Below, one piece after another: positions 40,111-52,599 of a DNA stretch of 64,000 nucleotides. The stretch lies in NCBI RefSeq assembly GCF_001194135.2, contig NC_068984.1, positions 15,941,389 through 16,005,388 on the forward strand. The letters are read 5' to 3'. Position numbers and translations under genes: made by a program. Under the pieces are notes generated by a model. The model was given only the letters and a program-made list of their open reading frames with translations, did not search any database and was not told the origin of the DNA. This stretch comes from Octopus bimaculoides (taxonomy: Eukaryota). Each line of letters begins with the position of its first letter. The first letter of the stretch is position 1.

Positions 40111-40769
40111 ATATTTGTTTATTTAAACAAAAGACTATCTTAATGATTAAAAATGCATCTTTATCCAATTTACATCTGACACGTTTTCTGCTTGAGAAAG
40201 GTGGACTGTATTGGTTTCAAATATTGGCACAAGGCCAGCAAACTTGCGGGAGAAGGAGTAAGTTGATTACACTGACCCCAGTCCTCATCTGGTTCTTATT
40301 TCATTGACCCCGAAAGGATGAAAGGCAAAGCTGACTTCAGCAGAATTTGAACTCAGAACGAAGACGGATGAAATACCACTAAGCATTTTGCCTGGCATGC
40401 TAATGATTCTGCAAGCTTGCCTCCTAAAAGGGTGGAATATCCATGGTTCTATAATACAAACTTCTTCTTTTAATGTGATCTAAATTAAAATCTTCCATCA
40501 AAATTTTATGTTAATTTATATTTCAAACAACTTAATAAAGACTAAGTTACTTTATTATTTTCATAATTAATTGAAACAAAAGCAATGCATTTCTAATAGA
40601 AATATGGTAACAAAGGGGTTAAACATATGGAATTCATATATTATACAGCCTACCTTACACTTCACATAAAAGTTTTCTTCTACATAAAAAAAAAAAAAAA
40701 GGAACAAACAATAAGAACCTTTACTGCCAGTGAAGACTTCTAGCAGAGTATTTTGTTTATTTTAACCAG

Positions 40770-40964
40770 TTACCAGGACTTGGAGCTACTTCTAAAAAAC
40801 ACAAATCAGTTAGTTGCTAGGGTGAATGAAGTCTAGCAGAGCATATCTTCTTAAAGAGAATTCTGTTTATCTAACAGCATTACAACATTGAACAAGACAT
40901 GGTTGCCAGCCAAAAAGCACTACAATTATTAAAAAATCATATGGTTGAAAAAATAGCAAATTGA
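40770..40964 (+). CDS. Candidate last coding exon(s) of gene B: 40770-40821 (YQDLELLLKNTNQLVAR) and 40878-40964 (HYNIEQDMVASQKALQLLKNHMVEKIAN*)
   Basis: Two good acceptors (ttttgtttattttaaccag|, ttctgtttatctaacag|), helical-looking peptide, TGA at 40962-40964. The implied 56-nt intron is unusually short. Confidence 0.35.
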
Positions 40965-41912
40965 AAGAAGGGGGCTAAATGAGGGCACTTTTACTGATGT
41001 TAGAATAACAAGTTATTGATAAGTTAGTCGGAAGATAAACATTTTCATTTTATTATTATTATCCATCATCCATCATCATTCTTCAGATCCACTTTTCCAA
41101 GCTGATAGCCATCTCCTTTTAAAGTCAATTTTCTTAGCTGCATGAAAAGTCATTTATAACAACAAAGTATTTGTGAACATCGTATATAAATAGACTTTTT
41201 TTCTTTCCTAAATCCCTATTATGGTAAGATAGGAAACACTGATTTGATTAATAATCCTCACTGCATCCTTATCCAGTTTTCTTCTGACACATCAGTAGAG
41301 CCAGTTTGTATAGTTCTTACTAAAACACAACTATGGCTGGTAGATAGCACAATTGTGTTTGCTACAAGTCTCTGAGGTAACCTTTTTGTAGGATAGTAAA
41401 TTAATTTTGCCTTTCTATCTTCCATTTATGGGATTGTGAAAATAAACAATTTCAAAGACAAGGATGGCAACAGAAGAAAACAGAAGAGAACACCGATTCA
41501 TTTATAGAAAGCAATTTTTTTGGCTTTCTTTTGCTTTTTTTTCTGCAAATAAATATTGAGAAATATATTTAAGGCTGAACATTAAAAGGAAAACAAATGA
41601 AAATCCTAAAGACAAAGAACAGTAGAAAGCAGTTGCGAAGATGAAAAAAAAAATATATTCATTCCTTGAAGTTATCTTTGCTAAACAGAGAAAAGAAAGG
41701 AATGGAGAAAGACTGTAGAATAAATCAAGAAATGAGAGAGGGGAGTTGAAGAGGTTGGATGGAAAAAGAGGAAGAAAGACGAGACAAAAGAGAATGAGAA
41801 AATTATACAAAACAGCAGGAGGAGGGTGAAAAGATGAAAAAAGAAAAAAAAAGTTGCTTCAAAGCAAATGCATAAAATTATAGTTTAACAAGATATGATG
41901 TGAACAAATAAG

Positions 41913-41960
<48 letters not shown>

Positions 41961-42175
41961 ATTATAGTAAAAAGGAAATACAGTACATTGACATTCATTA
42001 ATGATGTATCAACCAAAAAAATGGGGTGGGGAGAAATAATATTTAAACTAATAGAGGCATGTATGTTTAACTCTTTAGGATTTAAACCAGCCATCTCCAG
42101 CCCAAATATTCTACCCATTTTAAGTTCAGCCTAGCCAGATCCAGTCTCTTACAACTACCCTACAATGCCATTAAT

Positions 42176-42585
42176 CATCATCATCGTTTAACGTCCGCTT
42201 TCCATGCTAGCATGGGTTGGACGATTTGACTGAGGACTAGTGAAACCAGATGGCTACACCAGGCTCCAATTTGATTTGGCAGAGTTTCTACAGCTGGATG
42301 CCCTTCCTAACACCAATCACTCCGAAAGTGTAGTGGGTGCTTTTACGTGCCATCGGCATGAGGGCCAGTCATGCGGTACTGGCAACAGCCACGCTCAAAA
42401 TGGTGTTTTTTACGTGCCACCTGTAAAGGAGCCAGTTCAGCGGCACTGGCAACAACCTTGCTCGAATGTTTTTTCACGTGCCACCGGCACAAGTGTCAGT
42501 AAGGCGACGCTGGTAACGATCATGCTCAAATGGTGCTATTTACATGCCACTGGCACGGAAGCCAGACAACCGCTCTGGCAAGCTA
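42176..42585 (-). mobile_element. Family 2 SINE with four internal hairpin modules
   Basis: Tail plus repeated ggtgcttttacgtgccaccggcac-like modules. Confidence 0.85.
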
Positions 42586-44143
42586 CAAGATAATGCAGTA
42601 TTGGGACAATGTGAATAAACAAGTTCATAGAGTAATCTGAATGCCAAAGGGTTAAGCAGCTAACTTTGCAACAATGAGGTTCTGGGTTCAGTCCCACTGT
42701 GCAGTACCTTGGGCAAATGTCTTCTATTATAATCCAAAGCTGAGCAATGCCTTGTGAGAGAACTTGGTAGATGGAAACTATAAGGAAGCTCATTGTGTGT
42801 GTGTGTGTGCCTTTGTGTTTGTATTGTTTGTCCCAATCCTACTGAACAACCAATGTTGATTTATGTCTCAGTAACTTAGTGGTTCAGCAAAAGACACTGT
42901 TAGAATAAGTACAGACTTAATGAGAATAGTTTAAATGAGACTTCCTTTTTAGTAACTGTGATTGAGAAAAAAACAAAGACCACACAAAAGAGAAAAAAAG
43001 GAAGTGGAGATGGTATGGGAATGCAACATCTAGTAGCCTTGTGGTGATCATTCCTTAAGGAGCTGTCGAGGGAGAAGGAAGAGACCGACAGAAGAACAGA
43101 TGGACAGAGATCATCAAGAAATGGCTAGGGAATCATTAGCTGAGACATGAACTCCAGCGCACAACTGCAACAGATGTAGAAGATTAGTATACAGTGTGAT
43201 GACAGAGTCTCCACAAATCCATAAGGAGATGAGGTCTTAAGCAGGCATATACCAAATAGAATGTTTTGAAGTGGATTTTCTATGGCCGGTTGCCTTTCCT
43301 GTTGCTGGTAGGACAGGTTTCCATGGGAGATTGGAATTAAAGACAACTTGTTAGATTGGGGCACCTGTTTACAATTATTGTGTGATATCAAGATAAAATA
43401 CACACACAACATATTTGTTTCAGTCTTCATCTACTAAATCTTTTCACAAAGATTTTATTGGCCCAAGTCTATTGTAGAAGACAATTGCCCGAGTTATGCC
43501 TGTCATACTGTGGAACTGAACCCAAAACCACATGGTTGAAAAGGGAACTTCTTAAGCAACCACATATATATGATTGGATTGCCTATCTTCAGTCCATTGC
43601 AGGATGAATGCCTCAGCATCTCTCTACCAACCATGGTCTGACGTGGAGGCCTTGAATTTGAGCTTGAGGTCATTTTGGTTTGATGAGCCTACTCTGCCAC
43701 CTTGGCTCAACATGGCTTGGTAGAGGAGAGGTTTTATACTGCTTATCCAAGAGTAGATTACATCAACCCCAGTGCTCAACTGGTACTTATTTTATCAAGG
43801 ATAAAAGGCAAAGTTGACCTTATCAGAATTTGAATTCAGAACAAAGAATGGACAAAATACCACTAAGTATTTCACCCAGTCTGCTAATGATTCTGCTAGC
43901 TTGCCACCCTATATAAACAAAGTTGAACACTCAAAATGTGTGGGTTTCAATTATGGTATATAACTAGTCAGTCCCCACAAACCCATCAGGAGTTGAGGTC
44001 TTAAGCAGGCATATATAGTATCTTAAATGTTCGCTTCTTTTCATGTTAGAATATCATGGACAGTTTTTTGCTGACTATTGCACTTGGCAATATTGGACAG
44101 CTCTTCAAACATGATAGCCAGAAGGACAGCCTTTTTTTTATGC

Positions 44144-44525
44144 TGAGGAGTAGCTGTGTGGTAAGTAGCTTGTTTACCAACCACATGGTTCCGTGTTCAG
44201 TCCCACTGCGTGGCACCTTGGGCAAGTGTCTTCTACTATAGCCTCAGGCCAACCAAAGCCTTGCGAGTGGATTTGGTAGACGGAAACTGAAAGAAGCCCG
44301 TCGTATATATGTATATATATATATGTCTGTGTTTGTCCCCACATCTCTTGACAACCGATGCTGGTGTGTTTACGTCCCCGTAACTTAGCAGTTCGGCAAA
44401 AGAGACCGATAGAATAAGTACTAGGCTTACAAAGAATAAGTCCTGGGGTCGATTTGCTCGACTAAAGGCAGTGCTCCAGAATGGCCGCAGTCAAATGACT
44501 GAAACAAGTAAAAGAGTAAAAGAGA
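44144..44525 (+). mobile_element. Family 1 SINE, full length
   Basis: Intact head through the tail gtaaaagagtaaaagag. Confidence 0.9.
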
Positions 44526-44611
44526 GTATGAAGTCCTGGTTTGCTTGGTAATGATAAACATTTCTTTCAAAATTATTTTATTTTGAGCAAGTTTTACACT
44601 CAATAGAAATA

Positions 44612-44815
44612 TCATCATCATCATCATCGTTTAACGTCCGCTTTCCATGCTAGCATGGGTTGGACGATTTGACTGAGGACTGGTGAAACCAGATGGCTAC
44701 ACCAGACTCCAATCTGATCTGTCAGAGTTTCTACAGCTGGATGCCCTTCCTAATGCCAACCACTCCGAGAGTGTAGTGGGTGCTTTTATGTGCCACTGGC
44801 ACGTAAAAGCACCCG
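44612..44815 (-). mobile_element. Family 2 SINE (short)
   Basis: Tail plus one module. Confidence 0.85.
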
Positions 44816-45962
44816 TATTTGTGAAATGTAAAAATTTGCACAAAATAAAATAACAAAATTGCTGAAGCAATAAACTACCAACATCATTTATTAGTTGTCA
44901 GGACACTACATCCTTTAAAACTCCCAATCTTCCTGAAATTCACCAATAGTCCCACCAGATGCCCACCACATTTTTTTTGAAGGGCTCATTCATGGTTTCA
45001 TTTCCAGTACATATTCTATGTACTGTTGGCTACTTTTTCTGTTGAGTTGTAGTGCACCTAAGCACTGCATACAATAAGCTCATTATTATTAATACGGAAG
45101 AAAAATTTTCGACTAATTACAACCATCAAATTACAATTTTCAAAGTTTTATCATAGATATTTGAAGGAAAAGAAGGCGGATTCATTACATAGCAACAGTT
45201 ATATGACAACGAGAATTTTAGGGAAAATGAAATGAGGTGATGTATGAACATCACCTCATTAAAAAATCAAAACTGAACCCACAAACAAAGCAAGGAAATT
45301 TCTTTAATTCTATGTTTTGAGATTTTATAAAGCTATGAGTTAATGTCTTTTTTTTTGTAGAAAAAGTAAAACAAAAACTATCTTAATTCATTCCTTAATG
45401 AAAGTGCTGCAATTTTGACACATTAGCTTAGGAAAATTATTAGACAGTAGCTAAGATAATTGTATACATTGTTTAATGAATAATTAATCAAAAAATTGTT
45501 AGATAACATGTAAGGAAGGAAGGAGGACTATATGCACAAATGTTAAACTTAGACACGATATTAAATCCTGAATTATTTATAGTGATCTATTTCATTGACT
45601 GGTGTTTCAAAAACCAGTGATATGTGCTTCCAGTGCTCAAAACCATGAGTTCAAACTTCATAATATCCACTGGCTGTGTTCTGATAACAGGATTTAGTCC
45701 TCTGCTTTTCAACTGAATGATTAATCTGAGTAGGACAGCTAGCTGTAAAAACAATACAATTGCTCTAGCAGAAGTCATTCGAGTAACAACTTAGCAAATG
45801 GCTGACAAGAAAGAAAAAGAGTAAACAGAATAGCTAATTAAAGCTTCATTATAGTTCTGAATGACCTGTTTGCATTATACAGTAAAATAATAATTATGTG
45901 ATCTATTGAATTTGTACCAGCATACAGATAAGAGGACAAATGAAGATGACAGTCCTCATAGC

Positions 45963-46003
<41 letters not shown>

Positions 46004-46159
46004 AAGAGAAAGAGAGAGAGAGAGAGAGATATTAGTTAGTACTATGTACTATTAATGACGAGAATGAAAAGATAGGTTTAGGTCTTAGTGGGAGTGGGGG
46101 TGGAGGGGAGAGAATCAATCCTGGTAGTTATTTTGAAACCTGATATTAATTACACTTTT

Positions 46160-46540
46160 GCACATTTCAGTCATTTGACTGTGGCCATGCTGCAGCACCA
46201 CATCTATTCAAAGAAATCGACCCCAGGACTTATTCTTTGTAAGCCTAGTACTTACTCTATCGGTCTCTTTTGCCGAACCACTAAGTTATGGGAATGTAAA
46301 CGCACCAGCATCGGTTGTCAAGCAACGTTGGTGGGGAGACAAACACAAACACAGACAGACACACACACACATATATATGACAAGCTTCTTTCAATTTCTG
46401 TCTACCAAATCCACACACAAGGCTTTGGTTGGCCTGAGGCTATAGTAGAAGACACTTGCCCAGGGTGCCATGCAGTGGGACTGAATCCGGAACCATGTAG
46501 TTGGTAAGCAAGATACTTACCACACAGCCACTCTTGCCCC
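46160..46540 (-). mobile_element. Family 1 SINE
   Basis: Full-length copy. Confidence 0.85.
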
Positions 46541-47321
46541 TGAACAGGTTTTAGTCTTATCAGACTTCCACAGCAAAGCAGACACCACATGTAAAATTAT
46601 TTTTAATTATTACTGCATTAAGTACATTAAAAATAATTCTTTTTTACATGAGAACATCTGAATGAATTTCTTTCAAAAGATTTATTTTTTTTAAACATGC
46701 AAATTTTTCACACTTGTTCGCGTACAACATTGTACATCAACTCAGTGGCTTTCTTAACACTTCTTTGACAAGAATGATGAAGTCTGCTTTGCTGAGGAGG
46801 TCATAACACGACCAAAACACAACGGAAGTTACCTCCCATACATGCTGAAATAATCCTAACAGCAACAGTCACTGAACTAAGACTGCCATTCCTCACCACA
46901 TAATTATTTCCAATTATGCTCACTACATTAAATATACTAACACTAACCCATTACTATTCATGTGAACGATGCTCATGACTAATTTCGTTCACTAGGTTTA
47001 TTTATTTAGAATGTCAATGGTCAAAGTGAAACAGTAGCTACACAAGTAATTTCAATATAAAGACGTTGTGAATGTTATATAATGATTAATTTGGCTCATT
47101 TATTTATAGAGCAAGTTGTTAATTAGACTTCAGTATAATGTTAATAAGTCATTTCTAAATATGTAACGTATTTAAAGTTGCTATATAAAACACTTTACTT
47201 TCCCATAAAACTGATTTCTAGTCATTCAGTAATATTTTATTTCACAGGTTCATTTGAATAAAAAAAACATGCACACACACACACACCTTTTATCTTTTAC
47301 TTGTTTCAGTATGTGTGTGTG

Positions 47322-47683
47322 TGTGTATAAGAAGGGATGACCACTAAGTGGACATCCAATATGCTAGAAAGAGGTCATCAACGACCCAACCACATTTTAT
47401 TTTATGAAGACAATTCGTGTATAGTTCTGCAAATTATATTGATTCTAGAACGATTGTGCTGAAGAGACCACAGATGTTGTTATGCAAGTAAAACGTTAAT
47501 GTCGAAACCGGTACACAATTATTTCTTTATTCTGTATATTTCTCATTTTGTCTTGTACGCTTATGTTCTGGTGTTTTGCGAAACTTTTTCTGGAGAGCAT
47601 TATTTTTCTTTGTGGTTGGGTCATTGATGACCTCTTTCTAGCATATTGGATGTCCACCTAGTGGTCATCCCTTCTTATACACA
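47322..47683. mobile_element. Non-autonomous foldback element with 73-bp terminal inverted repeats carrying a hammerhead ribozyme
   Basis: 47322-47394 is the reverse complement of 47611-47683 with 2 mismatches; adjoins a (TG)n tract and a truncated SINE tail. Confidence 0.85.
47453..47519 (+). ncRNA. Type I hammerhead ribozyme (minimal, Penelope-type)
   Basis: Stem I ATTGTG (47453-58) / CACAAT (47514-19); core CTGAAGA (47459-65); stem II GAC/GTC (47466-68/47501-03); GAAA (47504-07); palindromic helix III ACCGGT; cleavage triplet GUA ending at 47513. Confidence 0.8.
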
Positions 47684-47780
47684 TGTAATACAATTTTTCT
47701 GAATTTTCAGATTTTTTATATGCTAGGCCACTTGGTTTTAAATGGAATTAATATTCAATTTGTCACCTTCTATATATATA

Positions 47781-47819
<39 letters not shown>

Positions 47820-48199
47820 GAATATGAAGTGTGCATATTTGTGTATATGTCTATGAATATATTTATATTAAGGCAACAATGATGATGATGATAAAGGCAT
47901 CACATTGGTGGAATTGTCAGTGTTGGAAAAAATGTTTTTAGCATTTCTTCTGACTACATTCAGAGTTCAAATCCCAACTCCCTCTGAGATCATCTTTTCC
48001 TCCTCCAGGGGTTGATAAAATAAAGTACTGACTAAGCCCTCTTTTTCAAAAGTTGCTGACTTTGTGCTTGAATTAGAAACCCTATTTTTTTTTATTTCTG
48101 ATACCAATCCAGGCCTTATCAGAATGGAAAGCAGATGTAAAATGACGATGGTAATAAACTAGACAATTTTAATAACATATTACTTGAAAAACCTATGAC

Positions 48200-48399
48200 G
48201 CTTTTACTTGGTGCAGTCATTTGACTACAGCCATGCTGGAGCACTGCCTTCAGTCGAGCAAATCGACCCCAGGACTTATTCTTTGCAAGCCTAGTACTTA
48301 TTCTATCGGTCTTTTTTGCCAAACTGCTATGTTATGGAGACGTAAACACACCAGCATCGGTTGTCAAGCGATGTTGGGGGGACAAACACAGACACACAA

Positions 48400-48433
<34 letters not shown>

Positions 48434-48450
48434 NNNNNNNNNNCACACAA

Positions 48451-48493
<43 letters not shown>

Positions 48494-48660
48494 CACGACA
48501 GGCTTCTTTCAGTTTCCGTCTACCAAATCCACTCACAATGTTTTGATTGACCTGAGGCTATAGTAGAAGACACTTGCCCAAGGTACCACGCAGTGGGACT
48601 GAACCAAGAACCATGTGGTTCGTAAGCAAGCTACTTACCACACAGTCACTCCTGCGCCTA
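48200..48660 (-). mobile_element. Family 1 SINE spanning a 10-N gap
   Basis: Full-length copy; N at 48434-48443. Confidence 0.85.
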
Positions 48661-49909
48661 TTGTTGACAAACATGAGATGTGACCAGACCCAAAGAGCTT
48701 TGAAAGACAATATAAAATAAATGAAAATACTAAAATGATTATATTTAGATTATCTAGTGTCTGCAAAGAGAAACAGTTGAAGGATTACACAAAAAGAGCT
48801 GAGAACAAAGCAAAAACTAAAGTACAGCAACAATTGATGGTACAGCTACTTGTAATTATTATTTGTAGAACGTGTTTGGTTGGTTGAGTGAATAGAGATA
48901 CCAATAAACTAGTTGAAAAGTCAAAGGTTGTGTTGCTGAAATTGCTTAATTCCACAATGAATGCTGGTGTTTTTTTTTTTACCATAAGTTACAGCAGCAC
49001 CATAGAAATGTGATTTGTTATTGTTTAACTCCAGATCAACCCTGAGAGAGCAGATTTATAATCAAAGTGGTTGGGTTCCAGCCATGATCATCCAAATTTA
49101 TTTTCAGACAATATATTCAGAACTACATAATCCAATATGTACTTCTTTATTTTTACTGAAATAGTAAGGTGTGGTATGGGAATTTGGCTGCTATTTCTAG
49201 CACGTCAACTGACCACATTGTTGGATGACAAGATGAATATAAGGTAGACGTTCTCAATGTTTTGTGACTTGGGCCTCCTTTTACTAAATGGCCTTTTACA
49301 AAGCAACCACTTTGCACGGTTTTGAAGGAAAAAAAATCTAACATTAACTTTGTGCAGTGGTTTATTATCCAAATTTAAACCATGTCATCCTGCCTGTCCC
49401 CCTGTCTACATATTTGCATGGACTCCAATATTAAATGTTATGGAAATTTTTGAAGAAGTTGGTGGTATGCCTAGATCCTTTGTGCATCATCAGTCATGTT
49501 TCTCACCACAGATAACACAATGTCCGACTCACATTCTAAGCCTGACAGATTGTTTTTCTTTTTTGAAATGTATTCCTGTTGCCAAATCTCACCCGTTTCC
49601 AAGAAAGGTAAATACTTCCCTACGCATGGCCAGTCATGGACATTGCTTGTATGATGGTGATGTTTGTTTACAACTGTCAAGACAAAGAGAAAAACATACA
49701 GTACATGCTGAAAAATGGTTGGCATTAGGAAAGGCATCTAGCCATAGAAACCATGTCAAAGCAGACACTGGAGTAGGATGCCGTCTTTGGGCTGCATTCC
49801 ATTTTCTGCCTGCCAGAGGATATAGAAGATACTTGCCCAAAGACTGAACCCATGACCATGTGGTTAGGAATTGAACTTCTTAATCACATGGTTAGCCTGT
49901 GCCTCTCTT

Positions 49910-49946
<37 letters not shown>

Positions 49947-49988
49947 TACAATATCAACTTGAAAAAAAAATAAAATGATACACAAGAT

Positions 49989-50288
49989 CAGGGGTTCTCA
50001 ACCATTTTTTTTACCTGTGGATCCCTTTGATTCCCGTTTTACTTTGTTGGATCCCCCCTCCCCATAGACATTCGATGTTTAAAAAAATCCAATTGTATTT
50101 TTATAATTAAATATCATTAGGACTTGTATAAAAATTAAGAAGTATAAGCAATTTATTGCACATAAACTTTACTGGTCTGAAGCACAATCTTTTCATGGCC
50201 CCTGAAAAATTACTGGGGACCCTCAAGTCTACTATATTGCATCCGTGGACCCCAAAATTCTTACATGGACTCCGGTTGAGAACCCCAG
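49989..50288. mobile_element. hAT (Charlie-like) MITE
   Basis: Termini caggggttctcaacc / ggttgagaaccccag. Confidence 0.75.
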
Positions 50289-51593
50289 CATTAAATAATG
50301 TAATCTAGTGAATAGATGATACCTGGTTGTTGTTGGAGCAGTTTTGATCATATAACTGCTTGAATCCGGATTGATGATGGGTTTAAACAACAATAGGACA
50401 TTATCTACAACCTACTTCAGAGTTGTGTGGAGGATGCTACTAAGGAATACATCCAGTGATAAGATACATCTATAAGAGAGATCTATAAGAAAGATATAGA
50501 ATTGGAAAAGAGGAAAACGAAGATAAAAGGTGTGATTAGAGTAAGATTAGAACCAGAATTGTTTGAAACAGATGAGAAAGCAGTGTTGCTGGAAACAGAG
50601 AAGATACAAAAACTAATAGGAACGTTCCAGGAATTAATTAACCATATGGATATATATATGTTCGATATGAGAATTTGCCCAGTGTGATTGGGAGAGAGGA
50701 TCTGCTTGAACATATAATGGACGAACAATAAAAAGATAAGAGACTGATTATAAGAACAGTAAAATGAAACTGCGAGCTTTGGGGGGCTCGTAAGCCATTT
50801 CATCCTTTTCATTATAAATATTCCATTACATATTCATCATTCGTTACATGTACCCCACGTTTTGTGTTGTCTGTCCTTGTAATGTCCATTCTATGTTGGG
50901 GCTGTATGCCTAAGTAAAGAGAGATTAGTAATAAAATACATCATCATCTCTTGCAGCTAACTAATGTTGAAAAACTTTCTCATATATATTTGTAAAAAAA
51001 CCAATGTAAAAATCTCATTTAAGAAAATAAACTAGGAAAAATAAATGTGTTGCTCAGAAATAATGTTTGACAAAGAAATTTTTGATCAAAACATGTGTTT
51101 CTGAATATCAACGCAAATAAAGTGACAGAACAATTTACTGTAGTGAGACAATGAGGGAGCTGCTATGTGGTTGCTTGACATGTTAGAAATAGCACCAAAA
51201 TTTTCCTTAGCTGATACACTTTTACATTGAATTACATGGTTGGAATGTCTGGTGGCAATAGGTCTATTCAATCAGACATCAAGGTATACAACAAAAACAA
51301 TTTAATTTAATTTAATGAAAATCTGTATAAGCATCATCACCATCATCATGTCCACTTTCTCAAGCTTGCATGGATCAAACAAAATTTGTTGAGGCAGATT
51401 TTTGTGTTTTTACAGCTGGATGCCCTTCTTGTTGGCAAAACCTCACTCATTTCCAAGCAAAGAAGTATTTTCCTAACGAGTGGGCAGATTTTCATAGAAG
51501 ACTGGAAATGAGGACCACTAGTTGCATGATAGTAACACTCATTGACAACTATCATGAGATGTGAAGACAAGGAGGCACATATATTGTATAGAT

Positions 51594-51844
51594 TAGTGGT
51601 TCTCAACCATTTTTTGCCTATAGACACCTTTAATTTCTTTTTTATTCTACTGGACTTCCATAACCATTCAATGTATGTATAAAAAAATCCTTCTGTATTT
51701 TTATAATTAGATATTAGAAATTGTATTAAAAGATTTTAATATTTTGAGTATTGTAGAAGTATAACTGATTTCTTGAAGATAAATTTTAAACAAAATCTTA
51801 TATGGTCCACCAAGGACCATATGGATCCTGGTTGAGAACTACCA
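51594..51844. mobile_element. hAT MITE, same family as 49989-50288
   Basis: Termini tagtggttctcaacc / ggttgagaactacca; shared AT-rich interior. Confidence 0.7.
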
Positions 51845-52599
51845 ATATAGATGGGTTTCTTTCAGTTTCCATCTATTAAATTTACTCACACGGTTCGAGG
51901 TTAGCTCAGGGTTATAATAGAAGACACTTGTCTTTGGTGCTGAACAGTGAGACTGAACTCCAAGCCATGTGGTTGGCAAGCAAACTGCATAATCCAATCA
52001 CCATGCCTGTTGTAGCATTACAGCAATTCAGTTCTTGCCATGCAAACAACACATTCTAAGAAGACCTGCAAAAACCATAAGTACAGTAATTCCTGAGACT
52101 AAGGACATAAAAAATTTAGGGTATGTTTTGTAGTGAGCTGAGGTATTAGAAACAGGACTTGTCACCACTTACTCAGAGAAATGTCCAGCTTAAGTAAACC
52201 AAGAGAGCTGAAGTTGTTTATTTAACCCTGAAGCAGGCTCTTATTGAACAGGCCTTCCAGCCATGACCATCTTGTCTATTTTTCACAGGCATAGTGTACC
52301 ATAGACTACATCATCCAATATGAATATGTATTTTTTCTTTTAAGAGCATGTGATTTCAGGGTGATTTGGTTGCTATTTCTAACAGGTTGAGCAACCCTGT
52401 AGAGGTCCCCTTGTCGGCTACAAGTTGTTTACCTAAAGTCATTCCCAACTGAGTAGACTTATGATCTGTGACCATCCATCTCTATCCCACATAGAAATTT
52501 CTTTGGTGGCCCATGAGCTGTAGATTATATAGCATCTTCATACAAGAGATTTTATTCTATCATAACCAGCCATTTAATCATATGACTAGTGACTGAGAC

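Noticed and set aside
42320-42585. CRISPR-like repeat/spacer appearance
   Set aside because: Eukaryotic context, no cas genes, degenerate repeats, and the spacers are homologous to each other and between copies.
49350-49847. 165-aa ORF
   Set aside because: Mostly a patchwork of SINE fragments; no splice or homology support.
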